Source of the DNA: Gemmatimonadota bacterium
Lineage (GTDB): Bacteria; Gemmatimonadota; Gemmatimonadetes; Gemmatimonadales; GWC2-71-9
Assembly: GCA_039589615.1 (NCBI GenBank)
Contig: JBDHHA010000005.1
Span: forward strand, 4,431-68,430
DNA: 64,000 bases
Reading direction: 5' to 3'
The first letter of the stretch is position 1. Every line of letters starts with the position of its first letter. The translations under genes and the position numbers were made by a program. This document shows positions 8,592 to 17,670 of the stretch, piece by piece. The notes beneath the pieces are model-generated. The model searched no databases, had not been told where the DNA came from, and was given only the letters and a program-made list of their open reading frames with translations.

Positions 8592-9644
8592 CTACGCCTC
8601 GCCCTCTCCTGTGGCCTCTGCCGCTGCAGGTTCGGCGGGCGCAGGCACCGCTTCCTTTTTCTGCTTGCTCTTCTTCTTTGGAGGGGCAGTAGCCTCATCC
8701 TTGGCATCGGGCGCCGCAGCAGCTTCAGGAGCCGCGCCAGCGTCGGGAGCTGCGGGCCCGCCTTCGACTGGAGCGGTTTCACCTTCGCCAGAACCGTCTC
8801 CCGCCTCACCCTCCTTCAACCGCGCCACGATGGCTTCGGGCTTGGGCCGGCGCTTGCGGCGCGTGCGGCGGCGTTTGCGGTGCTCCTCGACATCACCCTC
8901 GCCAGCGGCCTCCGTGCTGTACGTGAAGGCCTCGGACTCGTCGGTGATCTCCCGCAGCGGCACCTGCGAGCGTGCTTCGGCAATGACGTCGACCACCGCT
9001 CCCGTGATCAGGGAGACCGAGCGAATTGCATCGTCATTACCCGGAACCGGCACCGTGATCAGGTCTGGATCCGCATTCGTGTCGACGATCGCAATGACCG
9101 GGATGCCGAGCTTGTTGGCCTCGGCGATGGCAATGCGCTCGCGCTGGGAATCCACCACGAACATCGCCCCGGGGAGGCGCCCCATCCGCTTGATACCCTC
9201 GACATTGCGGTTGAGCTTCTGCCGTTCTCGCTCGATGCGGAGTCTTTCTTTCTTCGTGAAGAAGTCGAACGCACCTTCATCCAACCCCTGCTCGATTTCC
9301 TTGAGACGGCGGATCTGTTTCTTGATCGTGTGGAAATTCGTGAGCGTTCCACCGAGCCACCGCTCCGTCACGAAGAACGACTCACCCCGTTCCGCTTCCG
9401 AACGAACGATCTGTTTCAACTGCCGCTTTGTGCACACGAACAGGATCCCGTCGCCGCGCAACACCACCTCGCGTACGAGGTCCTGTGCGGCCCTGATCTG
9501 TCGGAGTGTCTTCTGGAGATCGATGAGGTAGATACCCGAGCGTTCGGCAAAGATGAACCGACGCATCTTGGGGTTCCACCGCCGGGTTTGGTGTCCGAAG
9601 TGGACGCCGGCTTCTAACAATTCCTGCAGGGTTGGTTCTGCCAT
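8592..9644 (-). CDS. rpsB: 30S ribosomal protein S2 with about 100-aa low-complexity C-terminal extension
   Basis: ATG 9644 gives MAEPTLQELLEAGVHFGHQTRRWNPKM (S2 signature). The tail is RKRRRTRRKRRPKPE...APEAAAAPDAKDEATAPPKKKSKQKKEAVPAPAEPAAAEATGEGEA. Confidence 0.9.
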   Translation of the reverse strand: MAEPTLQELLEAGVHFGHQTRRWNPKMRRFIFAERSGIYLIDLQKTLRQIRAAQDLVREVVLRGDGILFVCTKRQLKQIVRSEAERGESFFVTERWLGGTLTNFHTIKKQIRRLKEIEQGLDEGAFDFFTKKERLRIERERQKLNRNVEGIKRMGRLPGAMFVVDSQRERIAIAEANKLGIPVIAIVDTNADPDLITVPVPGNDDAIRSVSLITGAVVDVIAEARSQVPLREITDESEAFTYSTEAAGEGDVEEHRKRRRTRRKRRPKPEAIVARLKEGEAGDGSGEGETAPVEGGPAAPDAGAAPEAAAAPDAKDEATAPPKKKSKQKKEAVPAPAEPAAAEATGEGEA

Positions 9645-9763
9645 TGCATCAAATCCGTTTGGGTTAGTGCGTCCACCGCCTTCGTCCCCGGCCCCGATCC
9701 GCGACGCAGCGCGGACACCCAAGACCGAGTCGGGCAGTGTGAGAGATGACCTCTATTCGCAGA

Positions 9764-10168
9764 TTACCGCTTGGAGAACTGGAAGCGCTTCCGAGCCCCC
9801 GGTTGACCGGGCTTCTTGCGTTCCACGGCGCGCGGATCACGCGTCAGCAGACCGTGTTCCCGCAATTTCCCGCGGTGCGTCTCATCGGCCCCGATCAGGG
9901 CACGGGCGATGGCCAGGCGCAGTGCGCCCGCTTGGCCCGTCAGTCCGCCCCCGTTGACCCGCGCTCGAACGTCGAACGCCCCCAGGGTGTCCGTCGCCGT
10001 GAACCCGTGCTGAATGTGCTGAATCAGGGAACGGCGGGGGAAGTAATCCCCGAGGGTTCGGCCGTTGATGTTCCACTTTCCGGAACCGGGAGTGAGGTAC
10101 ACTCGGGCGACGCTCGTTTTGCGTCGTCCGAGGCCGTGCCAACGAAGTTCGGGCTGTGCGACTGTCAT
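9764..10168 (-). CDS. rpsI: 30S ribosomal protein S9
   Basis: 134 aa with GGGLTGQAGALRLAIARAL and the C-terminal KKPGQPGARKRFQFSKR. Confidence 0.95.
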   Translation of the reverse strand: MTVAQPELRWHGLGRRKTSVARVYLTPGSGKWNINGRTLGDYFPRRSLIQHIQHGFTATDTLGAFDVRARVNGGGLTGQAGALRLAIARALIGADETHRGKLREHGLLTRDPRAVERKKPGQPGARKRFQFSKR

Positions 10169-10181
10169 TCCTTCTGCGTCC

Positions 10182-10616
10182 CTAGCTTATGTCGAGCGGG
10201 GTGGGCCGCTGGGCTTCGTGCGGATGATTCGGCCCGGCGTACACTTTGAGTTTCTTGCGGAGGACTTGGCGGCCGAGCGTCCCCTTGGGGAGCATGCCGA
10301 ACACTGCCTTCTCGATCACACGCTCCGGATGGGTTTCGAGCATCTTCGCCACGGGCGTGAATTTTTCGTTGCCCACATACCCCGTGTGCCGGAAATACTC
10401 CTTCTGTTCCATCTTGCGCCCGGTGAGCCGGACCTTCTTCGCGTTCACGACCACCACAAAATCACCGCCGTCCATGTGCGGCGTGAACGTCGGCTTGTGT
10501 TTGCCGCGAATGACCTGGGCGATCTGGCTGGCGAGGCGTCCCAGCACCATGCCGTCGGCATCGACGACGTGCCACTGGTTCTCCACCTCACCCTGCTTGA
10601 GCATGTAAGTTTTCAT
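10182..10616 (-). CDS. rplM: 50S ribosomal protein L13
   Basis: 144 aa. [45 protein letters not shown] is typical L13. It lies upstream of rpsI. Confidence 0.95.
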   Translation of the reverse strand: MKTYMLKQGEVENQWHVVDADGMVLGRLASQIAQVIRGKHKPTFTPHMDGGDFVVVVNAKKVRLTGRKMEQKEYFRHTGYVGNEKFTPVAKMLETHPERVIEKAVFGMLPKGTLGRQVLRKKLKVYAGPNHPHEAQRPTPLDIS

Positions 10617-10693
10617 TCGGCCAACCGGTACTGCGAAAACAATCGACTAAAAAATAAGACAGTCTGTAAACGTAGCGGGGGCAATCGGTTCGG

Positions 10694-11197
10694 TCAACTG
10701 GAAGGTCCGACCTCGACAAGAGGCGCGCCCTTCTCCACCGCGGTCCCCGGGACCGCGTGGATTCGCGTCACGACCCCCGCCTCCGGCGCCCGGATCTCAT
10801 TCTCCATCTTCATGGCTTCGAGGACCACCAAACCACGACCCCGGGCCACCGATTCCCCCTCGCCCACCTCGACCCGGAGAATCATCCCGGGCATCGGAGC
10901 CCGCACCACACCCCCGCCCCCCGTGCCGGTGCCGGCCCCGGAGAGTTCACGAATGTGGCGGGTCCGCTCGTCCAACACCGTCGCCCCCCACCCCCGGCCT
11001 CCCGCCTGAATCCGCCAGGCATCGCCCTCCCGGGTGAGCGACAGGACGTCGGTATGGCCGTCCGCTTCGAAGCGGCGCATGGGCGTGTGCGGGACCGCCT
11101 CCAGCTGGGCGTGAACCTCGCGCCCGTCCACGGTGACTCGTTCGCCGTCGATATCGACAGCGAAGGTCTTGCCCCCGATCGTGACCTGGTATTTCAC
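10694..11197 (-). CDS. Biotinyl/lipoyl carrier domain protein (BCCP-like, 167 aa)
   Basis: EAMKMENEI biotinylation motif near the C-terminus. GTG 11197 (VKYQVTIGGKTFAVDIDG...) overlaps the upstream stop as GTGA. The longer ORF-track N-terminus lies inside the upstream gene and is rejected. Confidence 0.75.
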   Translation of the reverse strand: MKYQVTIGGKTFAVDIDGERVTVDGREVHAQLEAVPHTPMRRFEADGHTDVLSLTREGDAWRIQAGGRGWGATVLDERTRHIRELSGAGTGTGGGGVVRAPMPGMILRVEVGEGESVARGRGLVVLEAMKMENEIRAPEAGVVTRIHAVPGTAVEKGAPLVEVGPSS

Positions 11198-12426
11198 GGG
11201 GCGGCCTCCAGCACCGCGAGGGTCTCGACGTGGCTGGTTTGGGGAAAGAGATCGTACGCCACGACGCGACGCACGGAGAGCGACGCCATGCGCTCCAGGT
11301 CCCGGGCCAGAGTCGCAGGGTCGCAGGAGATGTACCCCAGACGCGCACCCGGATGGGTCCCAGCCCATTGGTCGAGGCGGCGGGCGACCGCGTTGGTGAT
11401 TCCCACCCGGGGAGGATTCACGACCACCGCATCCGGCTCCGGGAGCCGGTGGAGCACGCTTTCAACCCGACCGGTAACGTGGTGCACGCCGTCCACCTTC
11501 TTCCGCCCGCCCCACTCCTTCGCGGAGCGATCGGAGTCCACCGACCACGCCGCGGCTCCCGCCGCGGCCACCATCCGGGCCGTGTCCCCCACGCCGCCAT
11601 ACAGGTCCCACACCACCAACCCTCCGAGGTCTCCCAGTCCCGCCACCGCGTCCTCCCGGATGGTCTTTGCCAAATCCCTGTTGGACTGCTCGAACGCAAG
11701 GGCGGGAAAGCCCGTCTCCGGCCCAGCCACGACGCGAGGGGCACCACCCACGGGCTCCCACCAGCAGGACAGCCCCTCGACCCCAAGTGCCCGAGCAAGT
11801 GGCTCGGCGTTCCAGGGCTCCTCCCCACCGCTGGCGATCACGTGGAGTCCACCCTCCCGATCCTCATTGAGCACCACGGTGTGGAGATCCCGAGGCAGGA
11901 GCGGCAACTCCTGCCGCACCTTGGCCCAGAGACCCGTCACCCGTTGGTTCGTGATGAGACAGTCGTCGGGGGAAAAGACAACTCCCGGCCGGTCCTCGCG
12001 GTGAAGGCCGATGACCCTTCCCTTCCCGGTGTCGCGCGCCGTGAGGCTGATCTTGCTCCGGTACCGCCAGCCCATGGGCGACGGCACGATCTCCGGATCT
12101 TCGACATCCAGGCCGGCGATCCGTCGGAGCGCGTCACCCACGATCCGCCGCTTGGCCCGGTGCTGTCCCTCCACCGACAGGTGTTGGAGCTGGCACCCAC
12201 CACACCGCTCCCGAGTGTAGTGCACGCATTCCGGTTCTACCCGCTCCTCACCGGGTGTCTTCACTGCCAGCGCCCGAGCCCGAACGTAGCGGGGCTTCGC
12301 CTGAATCTCCTCCACCTCCACCACGTCTCCGGGGCCGGTGCGAGACACGAAGGCCACCCGGCCGTCGGGCATCCGACCGACGCCCTCTCCACCAGCCGCG
12401 ATGCGGTCGATGGTGATCACGGTCAT
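11194..12426 (-). CDS. RumA/TrmA-family SAM-dependent RNA (uracil-5) methyltransferase with TRAM domain
   Basis: N-terminal TRAM-like ITIDRIAAGGEGVGRMPDGRVAFV and Fe-S cysteines CVHYTRERCGGCQLQH. SAM motif VWDLYGGVG and catalytic-Cys motif YISCDPATLARD are present. There is an ATGA overlap with the biotin carboxylase stop. Confidence 0.8.
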   Translation of the reverse strand: MTVITIDRIAAGGEGVGRMPDGRVAFVSRTGPGDVVEVEEIQAKPRYVRARALAVKTPGEERVEPECVHYTRERCGGCQLQHLSVEGQHRAKRRIVGDALRRIAGLDVEDPEIVPSPMGWRYRSKISLTARDTGKGRVIGLHREDRPGVVFSPDDCLITNQRVTGLWAKVRQELPLLPRDLHTVVLNEDREGGLHVIASGGEEPWNAEPLARALGVEGLSCWWEPVGGAPRVVAGPETGFPALAFEQSNRDLAKTIREDAVAGLGDLGGLVVWDLYGGVGDTARMVAAAGAAAWSVDSDRSAKEWGGRKKVDGVHHVTGRVESVLHRLPEPDAVVVNPPRVGITNAVARRLDQWAGTHPGARLGYISCDPATLARDLERMASLSVRRVVAYDLFPQTSHVETLAVLEAAP

Positions 12427-13934
12427 CGCAGCCCATCCAGGCGCGCGGTCCGCAACCAGGTCGATTCGATCCCCGTCCCGTCTCGGCCGGTGGGGGACAA
12501 GGTGGGTGTGTGTCGCGCATGGTGTTCCGCCAGCGCCGCCGCAACGGCGAAGCGTTCGACCTTCTCGGGATCGTCCGGCGCTTCGAGGAGGGCCTCCCCA
12601 TGCTGCTCCAGATATCCCGTGTCGTACACCCCGTCCACGAACGGGCCATCCTCCAACACCAGACGGTGAAACGGCTGCGAGGTGGCGACGCCGACGATGA
12701 TCAGCTCATCCAACGCACGGCACATGCGGCTGACGGCCGCAATCCGGTTCTCTCCCCACACGATCAGCTTGGCCAGGAGCGGATCGTAGTGGAGTCCGAT
12801 GGAATTCCCAACGGCGATCCCCCCGTCCCACCTCACCCCCGGCCCCGTCGGCACGTGCAGAAACTCGATGACGCCGGTATCCGGGAGAAATCCGTTGAAG
12901 GGATCCTCGCTGGTGATGCGGCACTCGATGGCGTGGCCGTTCGGCCCACGGGCATAGCGGTCCGGCTCGAGGTGGTCTCCCGCGGCAATGCGAAGTTGGT
13001 CCCGTACCAGATCGACACCGTAGACCATCTCCGTCACCGGGTGCTCGACCTGGATCCGCGTGTTCATCTCCAGGAAATAGAATGCCCCGCCGGGTTCGAG
13101 GAGAAATTCCACCGTTCCGGCGCCCACGTATCCCACCGCCTGCGCCGCGCGAACCGCCGCCGCCCCCATCTCGGCCCGCAGGTCGCCGTCCACCGCCGGT
13201 GAGGGCGACTCCTCGATGAGCTTCTGATGCCGCCGTTGGACGGAACACTCCCGTTCGCCCACGTGCACGGCAGTGCCATGCCGGTCGGCCAGCACCTGGA
13301 TCTCCACGTGGCGGGGACGCTGAACGAGGCGCTCGACATAGAGATCTCCGTTGCCAAAGGCCTTCAACGCCTCGGAAGTGGCTTGCCGGAAGCTGCCCGC
13401 CAATTCCTCTCCCGAGTCCACCCGCCGCATGCCCTTCCCCCCGCCTCCCGCCACGGCCTTGAGCAAGATCGGATACCCGATCTCGGCCGCGACTGCCGTG
13501 GCCTCTTCTGCGTCGGCCAGACGACTGGTGGTGCCGGGCACGACGGGTACGCCCCCCTCCTGCATCCGCCTGCGGGCTTCCGTCTTCTCCCCCATCGCCC
13601 GGATGGCCTCGGCCGTGGGACCCACGTAGGTGAGGCCCGCCGACTCCACCGCCTCCGCGAACTCGGCGCGCTCGGCCAGGAACCCGTACCCCGGATGCAC
13701 CGCATCCGCGCCGGTGGTCCGGGCGGCATCGATGAGGCCGGGGATGTTGAGATAGGATTCGGACGCGGCCGCCGGACCGATGCCCACCGACCTGTCGGCC
13801 GCCGCCACGTGGGGGCTCCGCCGATCCGCGTCGGAGTAGACGGCCACCGACTCGATACCCTCTTCGCGACACGCGCGAATGACCCGCAGGGCGATCTCGC
13901 CCCGGTTGGCAATGAGGAGCCGCTTCACCGACAT
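12423..13934 (-). CDS. accC: Biotin carboxylase subunit (no fused BCCP)
   Basis: 503 aa. It starts KRLLIANRGEIALRVIRACRE and has ATP-grasp motifs (GGGGKGMRRV, EMNTRIQVEHPVTE). Confidence 0.9.
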   Translation of the reverse strand: MSVKRLLIANRGEIALRVIRACREEGIESVAVYSDADRRSPHVAAADRSVGIGPAAASESYLNIPGLIDAARTTGADAVHPGYGFLAERAEFAEAVESAGLTYVGPTAEAIRAMGEKTEARRRMQEGGVPVVPGTTSRLADAEEATAVAAEIGYPILLKAVAGGGGKGMRRVDSGEELAGSFRQATSEALKAFGNGDLYVERLVQRPRHVEIQVLADRHGTAVHVGERECSVQRRHQKLIEESPSPAVDGDLRAEMGAAAVRAAQAVGYVGAGTVEFLLEPGGAFYFLEMNTRIQVEHPVTEMVYGVDLVRDQLRIAAGDHLEPDRYARGPNGHAIECRITSEDPFNGFLPDTGVIEFLHVPTGPGVRWDGGIAVGNSIGLHYDPLLAKLIVWGENRIAAVSRMCRALDELIIVGVATSQPFHRLVLEDGPFVDGVYDTGYLEQHGEALLEAPDDPEKVERFAVAAALAEHHARHTPTLSPTGRDGTGIESTWLRTARLDGLR

Positions 13935-13940
13935 CTCGCC

Positions 13941-15491
13941 TTACAGCGGAATGTTCCCATGTTTCTTGGGCGGCATCTTGTCGCGCTTGGTCAACAGGGT
14001 CCCGAGGGCAGAAATGAGTCTGGGCCTCGTCTCGCGCGGGTCGATGATGTCGTCCAAGAACCCCCGGGCTGCCGCGAGAAAGGGGTGGGCGAATTTCTCG
14101 CGATACTCGCTCTCGAGCTCCGACAATTTCGCATCCGAATCCTCCGCGGCGGCGATCTCGCGACGAAACAGAATCTCGGCGGCGCCTTTTGGTCCCATCA
14201 CCGCGATCTCCGCCGTGGGCCACCCCAGGTTGAAGTCGCCGCCGACGTGCTTGGAGTTCATCACGTCGTACGCTCCGCCATACGCCTTCCGCGTGATCAC
14301 CGTGATCTTCGGCACCGTCGCCTCGCAATACGCGTACAAGAGCTTTGCCCCGTGCTTGATGATGCCGCCGTGCTCCTGCTCGATGCCCGGCAGGAATCCG
14401 GGAACGTCTTCGAACGTGATCAGTGGGATGTTGAAGGCGTCACAGAAACGAATGAACCGGGCGCCCTTCAAGGACGCCGCGATGTCGAGGACGCCGGCCA
14501 GAACTGCCGGTTGATTCGCGACGATGCCGACCGAATGTCCCCCGAGCCTCGCAAATCCCACGAGGATGTTCTCGGCGTAGTCCTTTTGGATCTGGAGCAT
14601 CTCCCCATCGTCCACCACGGGGAGAATCACGTCCATCATGTCGTAGGGTTTGTTGGGATTGTCCGGCACCACCGTGAGGAGATTCTCGTCGCACCGGTCG
14701 ACGGGATCGTTGGGAGTCTTCGATGGTGCGCCGTCCAGATTGTTGCTGGGGATGTACCCCATCAAGGTGCGTATGCCCTGCAGGCACTCTGCCTCGGAGT
14801 CGTGGACGAAGTGCGCGACACCCGACGTCCCCCCGTGGGTGTCCGCACCACCCAGCTCTTCCGTGGTGACATCCTCGTGGGTGACGGTCTTCACCACGTT
14901 CGGTCCCGTCACGAACATGTACGACGTTCCCCGAACCATGCACACGAAGTCGGTGATGGCGGGACTGTACACCGCACCGCCGGCGCACGGGCCGAGGATG
15001 GCGCTGATTTGCGGTACGACCCCGGAGGCCATCGTGTTCCGCAAGAAGATGTCCGCGTAGCCTCCGAGGGACACGACGCCCTCTTGAATGCGCGCGCCGC
15101 CGGAATCGTTCAGTCCCACGACCGGCGCGCCGTTCCGCACCGCCAGGTCCATGATCTTGCAGATCTTCTCGGCATGCGCTTCGGCGAGTGATCCGCCGAA
15201 GACGGTGAAATCCTGGGCAAAAACGTACACGACCCGCCCGTCGATCGCCCCGTACCCAGTTACGACGCCGTCTCCCAACACTCGCTGCTTGTCCAGTCCG
15301 AATTCGGTGGAACGGTGGGTGACGAATCGATCGAGCTCGACAAAAGACCCGGGATCCAACAGCAGGTCGAGGCGTTCGCGGGCTGTGAGCTTTCCTTTAT
15401 CGTGTTGGACTTGGATACGGTCGGCGCCACCACCCAACTGTGACTCCTCCCGCAGCTTCTCCAGCGCGTCGAGTTTGTCGTGAATGCTCAT
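13941..15491 (-). CDS. Acyl-CoA carboxylase carboxyltransferase subunit (propionyl-CoA carboxylase beta / methylmalonyl-CoA carboxyltransferase family)
   Basis: ATG 15491 gives [22 protein letters not shown]...[17 protein letters not shown], the typical N-terminus of this family. It has two crotonase-like halves. Substrate cannot be assigned from sequence. Confidence 0.88.
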   Translation of the reverse strand: MSIHDKLDALEKLREESQLGGGADRIQVQHDKGKLTARERLDLLLDPGSFVELDRFVTHRSTEFGLDKQRVLGDGVVTGYGAIDGRVVYVFAQDFTVFGGSLAEAHAEKICKIMDLAVRNGAPVVGLNDSGGARIQEGVVSLGGYADIFLRNTMASGVVPQISAILGPCAGGAVYSPAITDFVCMVRGTSYMFVTGPNVVKTVTHEDVTTEELGGADTHGGTSGVAHFVHDSEAECLQGIRTLMGYIPSNNLDGAPSKTPNDPVDRCDENLLTVVPDNPNKPYDMMDVILPVVDDGEMLQIQKDYAENILVGFARLGGHSVGIVANQPAVLAGVLDIAASLKGARFIRFCDAFNIPLITFEDVPGFLPGIEQEHGGIIKHGAKLLYAYCEATVPKITVITRKAYGGAYDVMNSKHVGGDFNLGWPTAEIAVMGPKGAAEILFRREIAAAEDSDAKLSELESEYREKFAHPFLAAARGFLDDIIDPRETRPRLISALGTLLTKRDKMPPKKHGNIPL

Positions 15492-15593
15492 GGTTTCTGT
15501 CGGGTGCTCGGTGGTGGTGCAAGAATACATCAAGGACCGGCGTGGAATCTCGCACATGGGGCGTCCGGGTCCTAGTCACGACCGTGTCGTCCG

Positions 15594-15638
15594 GCAAAGA
15601 AAACGCCGGCGGCCTGGCTGTTGCCAGGCCACCGGCGT
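15594..15638 (-). terminator. Rho-independent terminator after rpsA
   Basis: On the minus RNA: acgccggtggcctggc-aaca-gccaggccgccggcgt followed by TTTCTTTG. The stem is 16 bp with 1 mismatch. Confidence 0.65.
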
Positions 15639-15660
15639 CGGCCTCGCTGTTTGCTGCCGT

Positions 15661-17598
15661 TTACTCGGTTGCGGACTTGGCCTCCGCCGTCGCATCGGCA
15701 GGCTCTTCGGCCTCTACCTTCTCCTCGGCAGGCGCCTCCGCCTCGGCCTTGTCCTCGGCAGGCGCCTCCGCCTCAACCTTGTCTTCGGTGGGCGCATCGG
15801 AGGGAGCCGCTTCGGCTTCCAGCGTTGCCGGGGCTTTCGCCTCTGGCGTTGCCGGGGCGTCGGCCTCAGCGACCACCGGCGGCTCTTCCGCCACCTCATC
15901 GGCGTCCACCGCAGGGGGCTCGACCTCATCTACCTGGTCCAAGAACTCCCGCGCCGCGGCCAACACCCGGTGATGGATCGGATCCACTTCCACGATAGTC
16001 AACGCCACATGCTGCCCGAGCTGCACCTGCTCCTCCACGGCCGGCTCGTCGGGAAGCCCGAGGTCGTTCTTTGGCACGAACCCTTCGAGATCATTGCCCA
16101 GGTCCACCACCACACCCCCATCCTGGAACCGCACCACGCGACCTTCCAGCTCCATGCCCACCGGGTACTGCTCGCCGATGTTGAGCCAGGGATCTTCCTG
16201 CGCCTGCTTCAACCCCAACGAGATCCTCTTGTTATCCGGATCGATATTGAGGATCACGACCTCGACTTCGTCCGCCTTCTTCACGACCTCGGACGGGTGT
16301 TGCACCCGCTTGGTCCACGACATGTCGGAGATGTGGATGAGTCCGTCAATACCGGGCTCGATCTCGACGAAGGCGCCGAACGAGGTCAGGTTGCGGACCT
16401 TGCCGGTAATCCGTGTGCCCACCGGGTATTTCATCGGCAGCACCATCCAAGGATCCTGCTCGGTCTGCTTCATGCCGAGCGAGATCTTCTCTTCCTTCGG
16501 ATCCACCTTGAGCACCACGGCCTCGATCGTCTCGCCTATCGACACGACCGTCGACGGGTGACGCACCGTGCGCGTCCAGCTCATTTCGCTGATGTGCACC
16601 AGGCCCTCGATGCCCGGCTCCAGCTCGACGAACGCTCCGTAGTTCGTTATGCTGACGACCTTGCCCTGCAGGCGGGACCCCACCGGGTATTTCTCGGCCA
16701 CGTTCTCCCACGGGTACTCCTGGAGCTGCTTGACCCCGAGGGAAATGCGCTCTCGGTCCCAGTCGATATCGAGGATCTTCACATCGACGTCTTGGCCGAT
16801 CTTCACCATCTCGGAGGGGTGCGTGACGCGCCCGTAGCTCATGTCCGTGATGTGCAACAAGCCGTCGACCCCGCCGAGATCGATGAACGCACCGAAGTCG
16901 GTGATGTTCTTCACCACGCCCGTGCGGGTCTGTCCCACCTCGAGTTCCTTCATGAGGTCGTCGCGCTTGTTCGCCCGCTCGGCCTCCAGAATCACGCGCC
17001 GTGAGACAACGATATTTCGGCGGCGCTTATTGAGCTTGATGATCTTGAACTCGTAGCTCTCACCCAGCAGCTCGTCGATATTGGGCACACGACGCAGGGC
17101 GATCTGGCTGCCCGGCAAGAATGCGTCCACACCCATGAGATCGACGACCACACCACCCTTGATCTTCTTGATGAGGGTTCCCTTGACGGGCTCGTCGCTT
17201 TCGTACGCCGTGCGGATCTTCTCCCACACGCGCATGAAATCGGCTTTCTTCTTCGATAGGATGACGGCACCGTCTTCGTCTTCCAGGTTCTCCAGGAAGA
17301 CTTCGACTTCGTCACCCGGCTGGATCTCCGTCGCGTTCTTGAATTCGTCGATCGATACCGCGCCCTCCGACTTGAAGCCTACGTCCAGAATCACATGCGT
17401 GTCGGTGACACGGAGGACCTTGGAGCAGACGATCTCGCCTTCTGCAATGCTCTGCAGCGTGCCCTCGTAGAGGGCCAGCATCTCGGCGTATTGTTCCTCG
17501 GAGTACTCCTCGTCGCGCAGGTCGGCTCGAACGCGGATTGTCGACGGGGGGGGGGACGGTGCGGTTGAGGGTTCAGTGTCTTGGGGTACTTCTACCAT
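15661..17598 (-). CDS. rpsA: 30S ribosomal protein S1 with N-terminal Pro-rich and C-terminal Ala/Glu/Pro/Lys repeat extensions
   Basis: ATG 17598 (GAAGG 3 nt upstream). Repeated S1 OB-fold modules are visible (e.g. GQTRTGVVKNITDFGAFIDLGGVDGLLHITDMS, GSRLQGKVVSITNYGAFVELEPGIEGLVHISEMS). Confidence 0.9.
   Translation of the reverse strand: MVEVPQDTEPSTAPSPPPSTIRVRADLRDEEYSEEQYAEMLALYEGTLQSIAEGEIVCSKVLRVTDTHVILDVGFKSEGAVSIDEFKNATEIQPGDEVEVFLENLEDEDGAVILSKKKADFMRVWEKIRTAYESDEPVKGTLIKKIKGGVVVDLMGVDAFLPGSQIALRRVPNIDELLGESYEFKIIKLNKRRRNIVVSRRVILEAERANKRDDLMKELEVGQTRTGVVKNITDFGAFIDLGGVDGLLHITDMSYGRVTHPSEMVKIGQDVDVKILDIDWDRERISLGVKQLQEYPWENVAEKYPVGSRLQGKVVSITNYGAFVELEPGIEGLVHISEMSWTRTVRHPSTVVSIGETIEAVVLKVDPKEEKISLGMKQTEQDPWMVLPMKYPVGTRITGKVRNLTSFGAFVEIEPGIDGLIHISDMSWTKRVQHPSEVVKKADEVEVVILNIDPDNKRISLGLKQAQEDPWLNIGEQYPVGMELEGRVVRFQDGGVVVDLGNDLEGFVPKNDLGLPDEPAVEEQVQLGQHVALTIVEVDPIHHRVLAAAREFLDQVDEVEPPAVDADEVAEEPPVVAEADAPATPEAKAPATLEAEAAPSDAPTEDKVEAEAPAEDKAEAEAPAEEKVEAEEPADATAEAKSATE
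15691..15810 (-). repeat. About 4 tandem copies of a 30-bp (10-codon) unit inside the rpsA 3' tail
   Basis: 15721-15750 and 15751-15780 match at 27 of 30 positions. The flanking units are more diverged. The repeat encodes ...AEAPAEDKAEAEAPAEEKVEAEE.... Confidence 0.6.
17546..17555 (-). repeat. 10-nt homopolymer (C10 on coding strand) inside the rpsA N-terminal extension
   Basis: Plus strand reads tcgac-GGGGGGGGGG-acgg. It encodes S-P-P-P-S (tcc ccc ccc ccg tcg). Confidence 0.8.
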
Positions 17599-17670
17599 GG
17601 GCCTTCGGGTAAAAAGGTTAAAGAGTGGTTTAGCACAAGCCAATAAACCTAGACCGGCGAATGACTTGGG

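Noticed and set aside
8494-9531. 345-aa plus-strand ORF antisense to rpsB
   Set aside because: It is a Ser/Ala/Arg-rich low-complexity mirror of the S2 gene and its tail.
12706-15191. Very long ORFs 12706..14328 (-, 540 aa) and 13227..15191 (+, 654 aa) overlapping the carboxylase genes
   Set aside because: Their translations are Arg/Gly/Pro/His-rich and low in complexity, with no motifs. They lie out of frame or antisense to ORFs with unmistakable biotin carboxylase and carboxyltransferase signatures. This is the typical stop-codon-poor artefact of high-GC DNA.
15691-15810. Tandem 30-bp repeats considered as a possible CRISPR-like or minisatellite array
   Set aside because: There are no unique spacers. 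The repeats are in frame within rpsA and encode a decapeptide repeat, so they are a coding low-complexity tail.
15484-17004. 506-aa plus-strand ORF antisense to rpsA
   Set aside because: Composition is His/Arg/Leu/Asp-rich and nonsense-like. The opposite strand encodes six clear S1 domains.
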